A DNA stretch of 63,641 bases, the filler included, from Jimgerdemannia flammicorona (taxonomy: Eukaryota): assembly GCA_003990765.1 (NCBI GenBank). It is 3 parts of 3 records of this genome, joined end to end, with 100 filler letters (N's around TTAATTAATTAA, not from the genome) between each part and the next. Parts side by side here need not be neighbours in the genome. Positions count along the whole stretch, not along the records: positions 21,251 to 42,399 come from RBNJ01001517.1; 2 more parts are not named here. One strand, given 5' to 3'. The number at the start of each line of letters is the position of its first letter. The first letter of the stretch is position 1. The position numbers were made by a program, and so were the translations under genes. This document shows, one piece after another, positions 26,700 to 37,860 of the stretch. The notes under the pieces are model-generated. The model was not told where the DNA came from. It worked only from the letters and a program-made list of their open reading frames with translations, and searched no databases.

Positions 26700-28540
26700 A
26701 AGAGATGAAAGTCCATGGCGTGAAAGAGAAGAGTGCAGACAGTATCAGGGTATTGAGCAACCCAGCGAGTATGATCAAATGGTACAATAAGAATCAGGGG
26801 TGGGAAAGAAGAGGGGGTATGGAGAGGGTAAGGGGGGAGGGAGGGAAGGAAGGGGGGATAAAGGGGAGAGAGTAGGGAAGAGTGAACAACAGATCATTCA
26901 ATAGAAGCAAGCAGATCACGAATGATAGAAATAGGGTAGGCACGACAATGGACCATGAAGTTGCCAAGAACCCGAACAGCAGACACCCAGTCAGAACAAT
27001 GGGAGCAGCATAGTGTAAGATGACAAGCCTCACCACGAATGCATTCAAGAAGAGTGCAATGAGGATGATTGGACAAGAAGTCAGGGAACTGTTGGGAATG
27101 GGGAAAATGAGAGTAAACAACAGTTCGGAAAGGAGAAAGAGAAATAGAAAGGTCCAAAAAGGGAATACTAGTCATACTGCACACCCAGGTAATAGAATGG
27201 TGGGGAGGGTAGATACCCAGAAATATACTAGAGATATCAAGACCAGCAACAGCGAAGACAATAAAGTCATCAATATATCGGTGAAAGAAGATATCCCCAG
27301 CCCAGAATGCAATGGAAAGAGGTGAAGTAATATCACATAACATATACAATTTGTGGGCCAAGCCAATAAGGTTGGTAAAGGTGGGGGCACAATTCGTTCC
27401 TATGGCAATACCAGAAGTCTGGTGGAAGGAGCCAAGGGCTGACTCAAAATAATTAGAGCCACAGATGAGGAGTGTAAGCTCAATGATGGAAGCCAGCAAA
27501 ACTGGGGAATCCAAAGGAAAAACAATGGAACCCAAGAAGCAAAGGCAATCATCGATCTCATCAAAATGAATAGCAGTATAGAAGGAGAAGTCACCAGAGG
27601 CCAAATGGGAAAAATGGTGAACAGGCATAATGGTGGAGCATAAGAGGGTGAGCTCCTGAGTATCACAAAGAATAGTATACTCAGGCCCAAGATGGTGTTG
27701 TAAGAGAGCCATCCAGGAGAGAAAGAAGTGGGATAACCACTTCAAAATCTTGATGGTAGGAGAACTGTAAGCAGCCATAATGGGATGCTAAGCCAAAGTA
27801 GGCTTGTGAACTTTAGGAAGAGTATAGAAAACTGGAAGAGAAATATCTGGGGAGGACAAAGAGTCCTGAAAGAAGTTAAAAATGGGGTTCGCAAATGGAG
27901 AGTCCGAAAGCGACCTGGCATGAGCCAGAGAAACCCGAAGAAGAGTGAGAATCTCATCCAATTCAAGAGCACTAGACTTGTAAGCTGTGGCTCAAAGGAG
28001 GGCAGAAAGGCCATCAAGATAGAGCAACTTAGAAATAAGTGCAAAACCCTGATTCTTATCAGTGACTGTGAGCAAATGCATAGGCAATTGCTTGACCAAT
28101 TTAAGTATGGTATGCATGGCACAGTCCAAAACCAAGCAAGAGCAAGTGCGTCTGGGAATGGACAGCGAACAGGCCATGTCGAGGAATACGCAGTATGAAG
28201 AGACATTGGGAGGGGGGACCCAATCACTAGGAACAAAATAGCAAGAGGACATCTCACCACGATCTTGAAAGAAAATGGCAAGGTCAAGAGCATGACGAAA
28301 ACATGTGAGATGAGCTAGATCAGTGAAGGAGAATTGTGAGGGAGTCGCAGGGAAGACAAAGCAAGGACCCAAGGATAAGGCAAAGACTTGAAGGGGAGAA
28401 AGGGGGCAGTTAGCCGAAGAAAAAGGAGGAGACAAAAGAGTTCCAAGAGAAGAGTAAACCCAAAAGTTTGGGACAAGCAACTGGGAAAGGCGAAGGGGGG
28501 ACAACATGAGGAACCACTCAGGGTACACCAGAAGCGACAA
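26700..28540 (-). pseudogene. PLE reverse transcriptase ORF with in-frame stops
   Basis: One frame: LSLGPCF, TDKNQG, FYTLPKVHK, QTSGIAIGTNCAPTFTNL, RYIDDF, IPFLDL, SNHP. Confidence 0.9.
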
Positions 28541-28593
28541 TGGAATCCAAGAAGGGATGGGGACACCAGGGGAGAATCATGCCAGGGGGAAGT

Positions 28594-29823
28594 TTAAGAG
28601 CAGGAGGCCTTCCCCTTCTCTCTGACTTTTTTTGAAGGCAGTGAGCCCAACGAACAGGAGCACACCCTGTCAGAGTGCCAGACCTTGCGGCCACAGGCTT
28701 TCATGCAGCCCTTACATTCAGGGGCACAGGTGGAGGAGGCGGAGGAGGAACTGGTGGAGGAGGCCAAAGGCAAGCGAGCAGCCAAGGGGGCAGCAGCATA
28801 AGGAACACCACCATGAGGACAGACAGACTTGGCTGGGTGCCAGTAGGTATGGTGGAGGCAACTGGAGCAGACAGCACAAGGCCAGGCCCTGACAGGGTGA
28901 GAACCAAGTTGGCGGCCATGCTTGGAGGCAGGGGGAATGGAGGAAGAAGCCTTAGTGGGGGAGGGGGACTGGGAAGAGGCCAATGAAGCCTGATTGGGCT
29001 TAGCGGGGGTCTTGGCGGAGGTCTTGGAGGGGGTCTTGGTAGCAGCAGTGGTGAAGGAATGAACCTCGGCATGAGCAGCAGCATAAGCCTTGGCACGAAT
29101 GGCCTCAGAGACTGAAACCTTGGGGGAGGTAGGCAGGGGAGCAGTGGCAGCAGTGCGAGCAGTGGCAGCAGCATGTGATGTCTCCTGCTTGTAAAGGCAA
29201 GCAACAAAAGAGGTGCCAGCAAGGAGAAAATGATGCACAGCATCGATATCAGTGGCAACAGAAGGAATGTCTTGGATGGCAAAGCCACAGAAGGGGGCAG
29301 CATCCAAAAGATGAGAGGAGGCGAAGGCCATGAAGGCGGCATAGGCACAGTGGAAGGAAGCAGAGGCAGTGGCGGTGGAAGCAGCGGTGGCATCAGTAGC
29401 AGCAAGCTTGGTGGCAGCAGTAGTGGCATGAACCTCTTCAGAGAGGGCTTGGTGATGGGCCTCAGGGAGAACAGAGTAGTGGACAGCAGGCAGAGCAATG
29501 ACATCAACATTATGGTGGAGACGAGCCTCCTTGGTGGAGAGGGCAAGAACTGACTGGAATTGGGAGAGGAGCAGACAACCAGAGAGATGAAGGTCCAAGG
29601 GGAGGGAAAGGATGGCAGACAAGACGTATGGCTCAAATGAGACAGTGGCAGGGGTGAAGGCAGGGGGTGGGGGAGGAGGAAGCTCCTCATCCATGAGCTC
29701 GTCAACAAGGATGGAGGTCCTGAGGGCAGGCAGTACAGCAGAGGAGGAAGAAGGCCCAGCAGGAGTCAAGGGAGTGAACCCAGAGCCAGTGTCAAAGTGA
29801 ATGAAAGATATGTAGAAAGGCAT
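28594..29823 (-). CDS. PLE ORF1 or N-terminal region (Ala/Pro/Ser-rich, CxxC-x4-H-x3-H motif, basic tail)
   Basis: 409-aa open frame starting in the pLTR; the inverted pLTR copy keeps ATG TCT TCC ATT CAC, so the ancestral start is probably ~29811. Confidence 0.65.
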   Translation of the reverse strand: MPFYISFIHFDTGSGFTPLTPAGPSSSSAVLPALRTSILVDELMDEELPPPPPPAFTPATVSFEPYVLSAILSLPLDLHLSGCLLLSQFQSVLALSTKEARLHHNVDVIALPAVHYSVLPEAHHQALSEEVHATTAATKLAATDATAASTATASASFHCAYAAFMAFASSHLLDAAPFCGFAIQDIPSVATDIDAVHHFLLAGTSFVACLYKQETSHAAATARTAATAPLPTSPKVSVSEAIRAKAYAAAHAEVHSFTTAATKTPSKTSAKTPAKPNQASLASSQSPSPTKASSSIPPASKHGRQLGSHPVRAWPCAVCSSCLHHTYWHPAKSVCPHGGVPYAAAPLAARLPLASSTSSSSASSTCAPECKGCMKACGRKVWHSDRVCSCSLGSLPSKKVREKGKASCS

Positions 29824-30514
29824 ATATAAGAGGAATGAACAAAGAACATAACTGAAAATGCATCAGCCATTTATTGCTACATAAAAACACAGTCCTTATA
29901 TACAAAATATGATATCCCAAAAGGGAGGATGCACCACAACTCAGGGTGAACCAAATTAGGAACCACATGACTGCCGGAGATAGGCGGAGATAAAGGGGGA
30001 GCCAATTCCAGTTGCAGGATAAAAATCACAAACAAATACACAAAACAAATCCAAATCGAGATTAAAAAACATCTACAGACCCTGGAGGGGTGAGCACAAG
30101 TGAGGGGTGAGGCTGAAATGGAGCAAGCTGCAGTGAGCCCAAGTGAAGCGAGGGGCCGAAGGCAGCAGAGGGGAGCAGAGTAAGGCTGAGACCCTGGAGT
30201 GAGCATGAGACCCTGGAGGGGGCAAGGATGTTTTTTAATCTTGATTTGGATTTGTTTTGTTTGTATTTATTTGTGATTTTTATCCTGTCACTGGAATTGG
30301 CTCCCCCCGAGTTATGGCACATCCTCCCTTTTAGGATGTCATATTTTGTATATAAGGACCACGTTTTTACGTAGCAATAAATGGCTGATGCATTTTCAGT
30401 TACATTCTTTGTTTGTCCCCCTTATACATATATGCCTTTCCACATGTCTTCCATTCACTTTGATACTGGCTCTGGGTTCACTCCCTTGGCTCCTGCTGGG
30501 CCTTCTTCCTCCTC
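29741..30514. repeat. 5' pseudo-LTR plus inverted extension, a palindrome centred on hairpin 30060-30240
   Basis: 30241-30514 is the reverse complement of the pLTR tail, with one internal deletion of ~50 bp. Confidence 0.92.
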
Positions 30515-30649
30515 CATTGCATGCCTTCCAACTTTGCACTATATATATCTCTATCTCTGATAATGGTATTGCTGATGCTTTGTCCTGCTCTGACCTTCCT
30601 TACTTCCACCATCTTACTCTCTATGTACAGATGCACCTGATAATGATTG

Positions 30650-31630
30650 GTATCATCTGCATGCTACATTTCTATCCATTATTACCTTCTTTCTGTAATT
30701 TAGACTGGCAAAATCTATATACTGCTCATATTCTTCAGAATAATATAGCTTTCTCCAATTCTGTATCCTTTATAGTAACTACAGTTCCAGCAGCACTCTA
30801 CCTACATCTGAGCTGGTGCTAATATATTGGGTCTGTTATCTTATCTTATAGCACCTGCAACCCACTACTATCAAGTAGTATCTCTTAGTCATTTAGTCTC
30901 TTCACATCAACTCCAGTCTTGCTGACCCTTTCATAGGTCTTCAATAGCTGCCCTGAGTTATGTACAGTGTCAAATAATAGCTGGGCATACAGCCAGTCCA
31001 TTCTAAGCTCTCAATTACTATCAGTATCTTATGATAGCTCCTGGCCCTTCTATATCTATAAGACCATAATATCCTCAATCTGGTGGTAGTGATGTCTCTG
31101 GCCTATATCAGGTTCCTAAGGTCAGGTAAGTTTACATGGGATTGTCTGTTTGATTCCTTCTTCCAGATTTCTCAGGGCTATATAGTCTATCACCCTCATA
31201 TTATAGACCCTATGCATGTCACTCTAACTCTACCTGTCTCAAAAATAAACTCTTTCTGATAGGACTGCACCCTGTTTATCATCAAAATGGTACCAAATAC
31301 ACCATGTATCATATCTCTACTTCATCTTCTATTCCTTACTACCTCCAACCCTACAGGTATCCCTCTATTCATATACTCTATAAGCTGCCCCTTCTTCTGC
31401 TCCTACCTTATTTATTATCTCCAGTCTCTACTTCTATATATTGGACTCAATCTATCTCTCTATACTGGCCACAGTTTTTAGATTAACACTATGTCAAATA
31501 CTGCTATAGTGGGTTTATTAGACTATGAAATTCAAACACTTGGGTACTGGTCAAGTATGGCATTTTAAGAGTATATTCATATATCTATATCTCACATCTG
31601 TAATCTTCAGGCCTCCCTCACTTAGCTGTT
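30650..31630 (+). pseudogene. Tyrosine recombinase of the Ngaro element
   Basis: FLRSGKF (R), LPVSKIN (K), YTGHSF* (HxxR), IQTLGYWSSMAF*EYI (W, Y), with stops. Confidence 0.85.
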
Positions 31631-32405
31631 TCTCTCAGCTACTGACATTTCTAACTGCATATCCATGATATCAATTAATTGGTAAAGTATATCTAAGCCT
31701 ATGATACTAGCTATTATTGCAGAGCACTGTATACTCTCTATATCATTCTGGTATCATATTGCTCATAGTACCAATCTATCTTATCTATCTATACTTCTCT
31801 ACTTTCCTTTAGATATTGATCCTTCCTTATTCTCACTTCCCCAACATCAGATCACACAATACTTATTTGGGTCAGGTTTTCTACTATATATTTCATTTTT
31901 TTTCACCTAAATATATATTCCTTAAATCAAATATCTTTCTCAGGATTCTTTTTTCCCCCTTCAAACTCATCATACATATCTCTTGACATTATTACAAAAG
32001 ATTGAATAAGGGGACTCATTTAAGTCCACAGGACAATGGATACAAGAATGTCTTAGACACTTAGGTCTTTAGTACTAGATATCTTATTTCTATTTTGGGC
32101 TACATAGTGGGCATCTATTTCCTTTTTTGGTCTTCTTCACTTAATGCTATCTAATTCAGCACTCTATATACTATATGCTACTCTTTATACTATAATATAC
32201 ATTTACATTCACTTTTATGTATATTTGTACTCACTTTTTCTACTACTCTCCCTCTCTATATATATATATAAGAGGTCAGTTTTTCTACTATATATTTCTT
32301 TTCTTTTTATCCAAATACATATTCCTTAAATTAAAAATCTTTCTTTGAGTTCTTTTTTCCTCCTTCAAACTCATCATACCTCTTGACATTATTATAAAAT
32401 ATTGA

Positions 32406-33116
32406 TTGAACCTTGTTGGCATTTTTCTCATCTATGCTTTTTGACCTTATTGTCTATACTGGCTTTATTTGCTATATTGAACTTATTGGCCTTTTCTGTG
32501 GCCTCATCAGCTATATCTTATTACTGGCCATATTACTAACCTTATCAGTCTTATTGATCTCACCTATACTTTGGACCTTGGGTTCAGGTTTATTCTATTA
32601 ATCTTATTGCTGGGCTTGTATATACTGACTTTATCAGTCTTATTGATAGGCATCCTTATTATCATAATTATCTCAACCACTTGAGAGGGCTTCATAATTA
32701 TCTTGGTCACTTGGTCTTTTTAGCTATATTCATCTCTGCAATCTGAGAGAACTTTATACCTCTAATATCCAGATAGATGCCTTTGTTATAATTACTTTCT
32801 ACTATTAGAGAGGACTTCATTATCACTATTAGTGGGCTTCTTTTATAATAGGACTGCATTTTCTATTGCCAGAGAGCTATTATAGAGATACTTATCTTAG
32901 TACTCTAGCTCACATCTATGTTCATTGATATAGTATATAAACTAAAGGTATTCTAGCTGCTAATCAGGGCTCATAATCTGTTATGATAAATAGAAGAAGC
33001 AATTTATTTATTATACAAATTGTATGTTTTTAGATACTATAAATAATAATATATAAATAATGTAAAAAAAATTGATATAACGTCATATAAATACATATTG
33101 ACTTATAATCTCAATA
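32406..33116 (-). mobile_element. Copia 5' end: LTR (32979-33116), PBS and decayed gag
   Basis: TATTGAG...TAACA then GATTATGAGCCC (GGTTATGRGCCC-type fungal copia PBS) on minus. Confidence 0.75.
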
Positions 33117-33176
33117 TAGTGAAATCAAGCTAATAATCTATATATATTTACTCATTAATTCTCTCTTTTTGTTTAG

Positions 33177-33793
33177 ACAATAGTATCACTAAGAAGATAT
33201 ATATCCTAGCTAAGTCTCTGAAGCAGAATAAGATCTCAACTAAGCTGAATCTTTTTAGTATATCAGAACTATATAAAGTATCATATATAGCTACATAATG
33301 GAATTAAGCTAATTATCTGTAAGTATTTACTTAGCTATCTTCTATTTATATTTAGATAATAGTATCAGTAATAAAAAAGTATACATCTTAGCTAAGTATC
33401 TAAAGCAGAACATAATCTTGACTAAGCTGAATCTCAAAAGTATATCAGAACTATATAAAACATTATATATAGCTATATAATGAAATAAAGCTAATAATAT
33501 ATATATATTTACTTATTCATTATTTATTTATATTTAAACAATAGTATTAGTACTGAAGAGATATATACTATAGCTAAGTCTCTGAAGCAGAATATAATCT
33601 TGATAAAGTTGAATCTCTACAGTATAACAGAAATGTATAAAGTATTATATATGGCTATATAATGAAATCAAGCTAACAATCTATATATATTTGCTCATCT
33701 AGCCCCTGTTTATATTCAGATAATAGCATAGTACTAAGGGGGTATACACTCTAGTTGAGTATCTGAAACAAAGCATAATCTTTACTGATCTGA
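33177..33793 (+). pseudogene. RI-type LRR gene fragment, one 28-aa repeat per exon, hypermutated
   Basis: Exons 33177-33257 (81 bp), 33356-33439 (84), 33538-33621 (84), 33720-33793 (damaged); 98-bp phase-1 GT..AG introns (one AG>AA); e.g. NSISNKKVYILAKYLKQNIILTKLNLK. Confidence 0.85.
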
Positions 33794-33799
33794 GTATCT

Positions 33800-34436
33800 C
33801 AGAACTATGTAGTTATTGAGTTATATAGTGAGAATGATTTTATTCAATATACCTTATTACTTTTAAGTAGTAATGATATCTAATATGTGAAAATTTTTAT
33901 TAATTTCCCCCCCTTCTCCCATTCTTTGATTTCTATCATTACTATGAATTGTGATTTTGTATCATTAATATAGTATTGCAAAAGGTAGAAGTAATTCTAT
34001 CAGATTTATTTTATAGTACTTTTGGAGGGCAGCAGTATTGTTTCTGAGTAATAATAAAGCTTAGATCATTATTGATCATATGTATTCATAGTAACCTTGT
34101 TAGAGAATTTTATTTTATTTATTTTTATTTTTATTTTTTATTATTGAATTAGCTGTAGAGCTATATACTAGGAAATTTGTAGTCCCATCTATGGATCCTA
34201 TTTCAAAGTTGGTCAGAGATAAGAAAATATTAAGATATACATGAGCATGGTGGGCTCAAAAGGTGTTATAACTAGTTTAGCACATGAACTGCTGAATACT
34301 GAGATAGGATCTATGGTAGTATTGTACACCAACTCATTTGCCATCATAGAAAATTATACCTGGAATCATAGTATGACTACAGAATATGAGTGCCGATTGT
34401 CCAACCTCCATAACCTATCTAATCAATCACAAATTG
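33800..34436. repeat. Non-LRR part of the left arm of a diverged inverted duplication (partner ~36812-37448)
   Basis: Shared blocks, e.g. tttgtagtcccatctatgga / tccatagatgggactacaaa and atgactacagaatatgagtgc / gcactcatattctgtagtcat. Confidence 0.88.
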
Positions 34437-34764
34437 TCAAGGTAAAACATTATATGAGAATAGGATTGAAAGGGAATGATTGTTGATTGCATCACTTACA
34501 AAAATGAACTACACTTGTTGAAATCGAGGCATGCAATAAACACAGAGTCTTTGAGTACTCTTCGATTGAAACCCGGCCATGTACATGCAGCTGAACCCAG
34601 TAATAAAGGAATAACTGGTTGTAGTAGAAGGCGGCGACCGATCGGAGAGCAAAGACAACAGAAACATTATTGATTTTGTTCCGTTTTATTTTATAGGGAA
34701 GTCATCGAAGTTAAAATTGATGCCAATCAAGTCGATGGCCTTGACATAGTCCCCCCGGCGCCCG

Positions 34765-35379
34765 ATGACGAACCCGTCCAAGCGACCGATTCAACCGTTA
34801 AATTCATTCAAAACACCGTTGCGTCGACGTTGTCGATTGAAGCTGACGACTCAACAATCTGATCCCGCCCTCGAAAATTCTGAACCGATCTCGGCCCCGA
34901 TAACTCTTGGCAAGCTACTCCGCAGAGAGGTAAATGGGTTCATCGTCGCCAGCGACGATGGTGAAACTGCCACCGCATCCGGCTCAAAATCCAGGCAGAA
35001 CAAGCGTACTCCCCGTATCCTGCGTGATGACATCCTGGGTCGCCAGGCCGAATGGTGCTGTTACAAGACCGACAAGCTGCTGTGTTCACAGAGTCTCAAG
35101 GCCGAGGCGCAGGTGCAGCAGCCAAGCATCGTCACTGCCACCAGTATCACCACCACGACAATTATGATTAACGTGCCCGGCGAGAACGACGGCAAGAATG
35201 TGAACAGGATCTTCAAGAAGCTCTTGCATAAGGCCAATGGTGGGCTCGGCGGTGAACTCAAGAAGAGCACCAGCTGGAGCACTTTGATGTCAGCCAACTT
35301 CAGCATGACCAGTATCGATTATGCCCTTCCCACCACCAAGCAGAACGTTGTTGCGAAGCAATCCCTTGAGGTATCATAG
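34765..35379 (+). CDS. Hypothetical 204-aa protein or gene fragment
   Basis: ATG-initiated ORF, CpG-rich, with C/G-ending codon bias in its 3' two-thirds; no recognisable domain. Confidence 0.4.
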   Translation: MTNPSKRPIQPLNSFKTPLRRRCRLKLTTQQSDPALENSEPISAPITLGKLLRREVNGFIVASDDGETATASGSKSRQNKRTPRILRDDILGRQAEWCCYKTDKLLCSQSLKAEAQVQQPSIVTATSITTTTIMINVPGENDGKNVNRIFKKLLHKANGGLGGELKKSTSWSTLMSANFSMTSIDYALPTTKQNVVAKQSLEVS

Positions 35380-37448
35380 ACGGAGAAGTTGTCGATATCC
35401 CAAGACTCCCTCAGATATTCCTTATTTTCTTCCATCAGCTCTGCAACCTTTATCAATCTCCACCCGAAGCCCGCACTAAGTCTCCTAAGCTCTCGAGCAT
35501 CACACTAAAACAGCGTAGCCACATGCTCCGGTGGCATCACGTATTACAGTTCGCTTTGCTATCAACCATGGAAATACGCTCCTAGCTATCGACAGCGGCT
35601 ATTCGGGGCGCGATCGAGCCTTCGGACTGGCTCTCGGTGGATGGGTGGACGACGTAGGGTAGTTCGGATTTTGGTACGAATCGGTCGCAGCCGTTTACCA
35701 GTTGCAGAAGCACAACATTCAGGTACTCTGTGGGTTCGAGGTTTATACTACCATGTTCAGTCTCGAGACGACATGCGAGGCCTACTCAGCGCTGAATACC
35801 TCTTTCATTCATTTGGCACCAACGATTTCGAATAATGACTCCAGGACCGATTTTTCGTTGGGCAGCGATTGTAAATTGTCGAGGTGTGCGGATTCTATCC
35901 AGCAGAGTGTAAGTGCAGTAGGAGAAGTGTGTTGTAATTGAGATGCATGAGGGAAGACAGGGTATTAGGCAGTAATTGCTGGGTTGGTAGTGATTTCTTT
36001 TTCTTTTTTTTTTTTTTTTTTCCACAAGTTGGTGCGAACTATTTTGGGAGAATGCGGTGTGGAGTTTTTGTAAGCCTACACTATTGGGACTCGCCTACTC
36101 TTCATGCGTCCAGACTGTGTATATTCCCGAGATTGGTATTGCGCTGGCCATGCTTGAGCATGATGAGATCGAGCTGTACATCCACGATGATCCGAACCGG
36201 AGTGAGGCGCATCACCCAAAGGTATGAACACCAACCCCTAAGTTTAATCAAACATGACACACTCGCACCACCGCTCAAATCCCTCCCCCTCTCCCAGTTA
36301 CAGAACTGAAACCGTCTCGGACATTTACACGACGGACCCATACATATGCGCAACAACAATTAAAAATAGAATTCGTTGGCTTGTTCTCCGTGACGTAGAT
36401 CCTGAACCGCTTTGATCAACCTCACACGACATCAATGATACAATCTGGTACAACGCTCCAATTAATTCCACTCGTCCGAGCCTTGACTCAACCCGAAGAG
36501 TGGAGCTGTAGAGTTATGTGAGTCTTTTTTTTTTTGGAGGATGAGTGAGGGAAGAGTGATGTGCGCGTCTTTTTGCACTCAAAATTTCATTCGCACGTAA
36601 TCACGTTCGATATCCTGGCAGGCACCCACTCAACTATAGACCTGCAGACGACGAGCCACGGCACTTTTAAGGTGCCCAAGTCAGATGGCAAGGAGAATAT
36701 TGTTACAGAAGGTATTTTTGGTTTGGAAGCACCTGTGTGAATTTGATGAAGTCGAAAGAGTTCTGCCAACAAAAGAAGGACTGTTGACTATCGAAAAATC
36801 TGTGGTCTGATAACTTGTGATTGATCGGATAGGTGATGGACAGCACTCATATTCTGTAGTCATGCTATGATGCTGGTTATAATTGTACTATGATGGCTGT
36901 AGGATACCGCTATAGATACTATCTCAGTATCAGTGGTCAGTGCAGTAGTTCATGTGCTAAACCAGTCATAACACTATGCCCATTGGCATTGAGTCCACTA
37001 AGCTCAAGTGTGCCTTCATATTGTCATATCTCTGACCAACTCTAAAATAGGGTCCATAGATGGGACTACAAACCCCAGTGGCTCTACTGCAAGCTCAATA
37101 ACCAAAAAAAAAAAAAAAAAAAAAAAATTTAACAAGGTTACTTGGAATGCCTATTAAGGATGCAATATTAGCTTTATTTAACCTATAAACAATACTGCTA
37201 TCCTCCCAATATCACCACAGAATAAATCTGATAGAATTGCATTCACATTTTGCAAAACTATATTAATGCTGCAAAATAATGTCTAAAATACAATCCAGAG
37301 TAATGGTAGAAATAAAAAGATGGGAGGGGGGAACAATTATAAAAATTTGCATATTAGATATCACTACTACTTGTAAGTGATAAGGAACATCCGGAAAAAT
37401 CGTCCGCACCACATAGTCACACTCAAAGTTTACATGGTTCTGAGGCAC

Positions 37449-37860
37449 TTTAGAGATTCAGATCAGTTATGTCGCGTTCTGCTTCAGAGACTCGACTAGG
37501 ACGCGTGTCCCATCAGCCCCAATGCTGTTGTCTGAGGGATGGATGAGCAAACACACACAAATCGTGAGCTTGATTCCATTGCACAGCCACACACAATGAT
37601 TCACACAGTTCTGACATACTTTCGAGATTCAGCTCAGTCCTGGTCGTGATCTGCTTCAGAGACTCGGCTAGGGTGCATTCCCCCTTCTTGCCAATGCTGT
37701 ATTCTGAACATGAACAGGGGATGGATGAGCAAACACTCACATATCGTTAGCTTGATTCAATCACGCAGCCGCACACAATAATTAACACAGTTCTGATATA
37801 CATCTGAGATTCAGCTCAGTAGGTCGCGTCCAGCTTCAGAGATTCTGCTAGGGAGCGTGA
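37449..37860 (-). pseudogene. RI-type LRR gene fragment, paralog of 33177-33793, little transition damage
   Basis: Exons ~37860-37802 (partial), 37703-37620 (84 bp, YSIGKKGECTLAESLKQITTRTELNLE), 37531-37449 (83 bp, NSIGADGTRVLVESLKQNAT then frameshift); GT..AG introns of 98 and 88 bp. Confidence 0.87.

Larger units (their letters stand above)
26087..30514 (-). mobile_element. Penelope-like retroelement, apparently without GIY-YIG endonuclease, with pseudo-LTRs and a terminal inverted repeat
   Basis: Direct repeats 26087-26588 and 29741-30240; inverted copy 30227-30514; PLE-type RT motifs. Confidence 0.9.
24007..32405 (+). mobile_element. Ngaro-type (DIRS order) tyrosine-recombinase retrotransposon, decayed, interrupted by a PLE
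   Basis: Split direct repeats A1 (~24007-24238), B1 (~31870-32005), A2 (~32015-32241), B2 (~32274-32405); RT start NHCLALDHPDII; RNase H end DNGIADALS; recombinase downstream. Confidence 0.88.

Noticed and set aside
28632..29800. Overlapping alternative-frame and antisense ORFs in the PLE (and similar ones in LINEs)
   Set aside because: Expected by-products of skewed low-complexity composition
33117..33800. ~182-bp repeat as centromeric satellite or foldback-transposon TIR
   Set aside because: Units resolve into GT-AG introns and 84-bp LRR exons
34765..34950. QPLNSF and REVNGFI as mating-type alpha-box motifs between inverted repeats
   Set aside because: The rest of the alpha-box/HMG pattern is absent; short matches are probably chance
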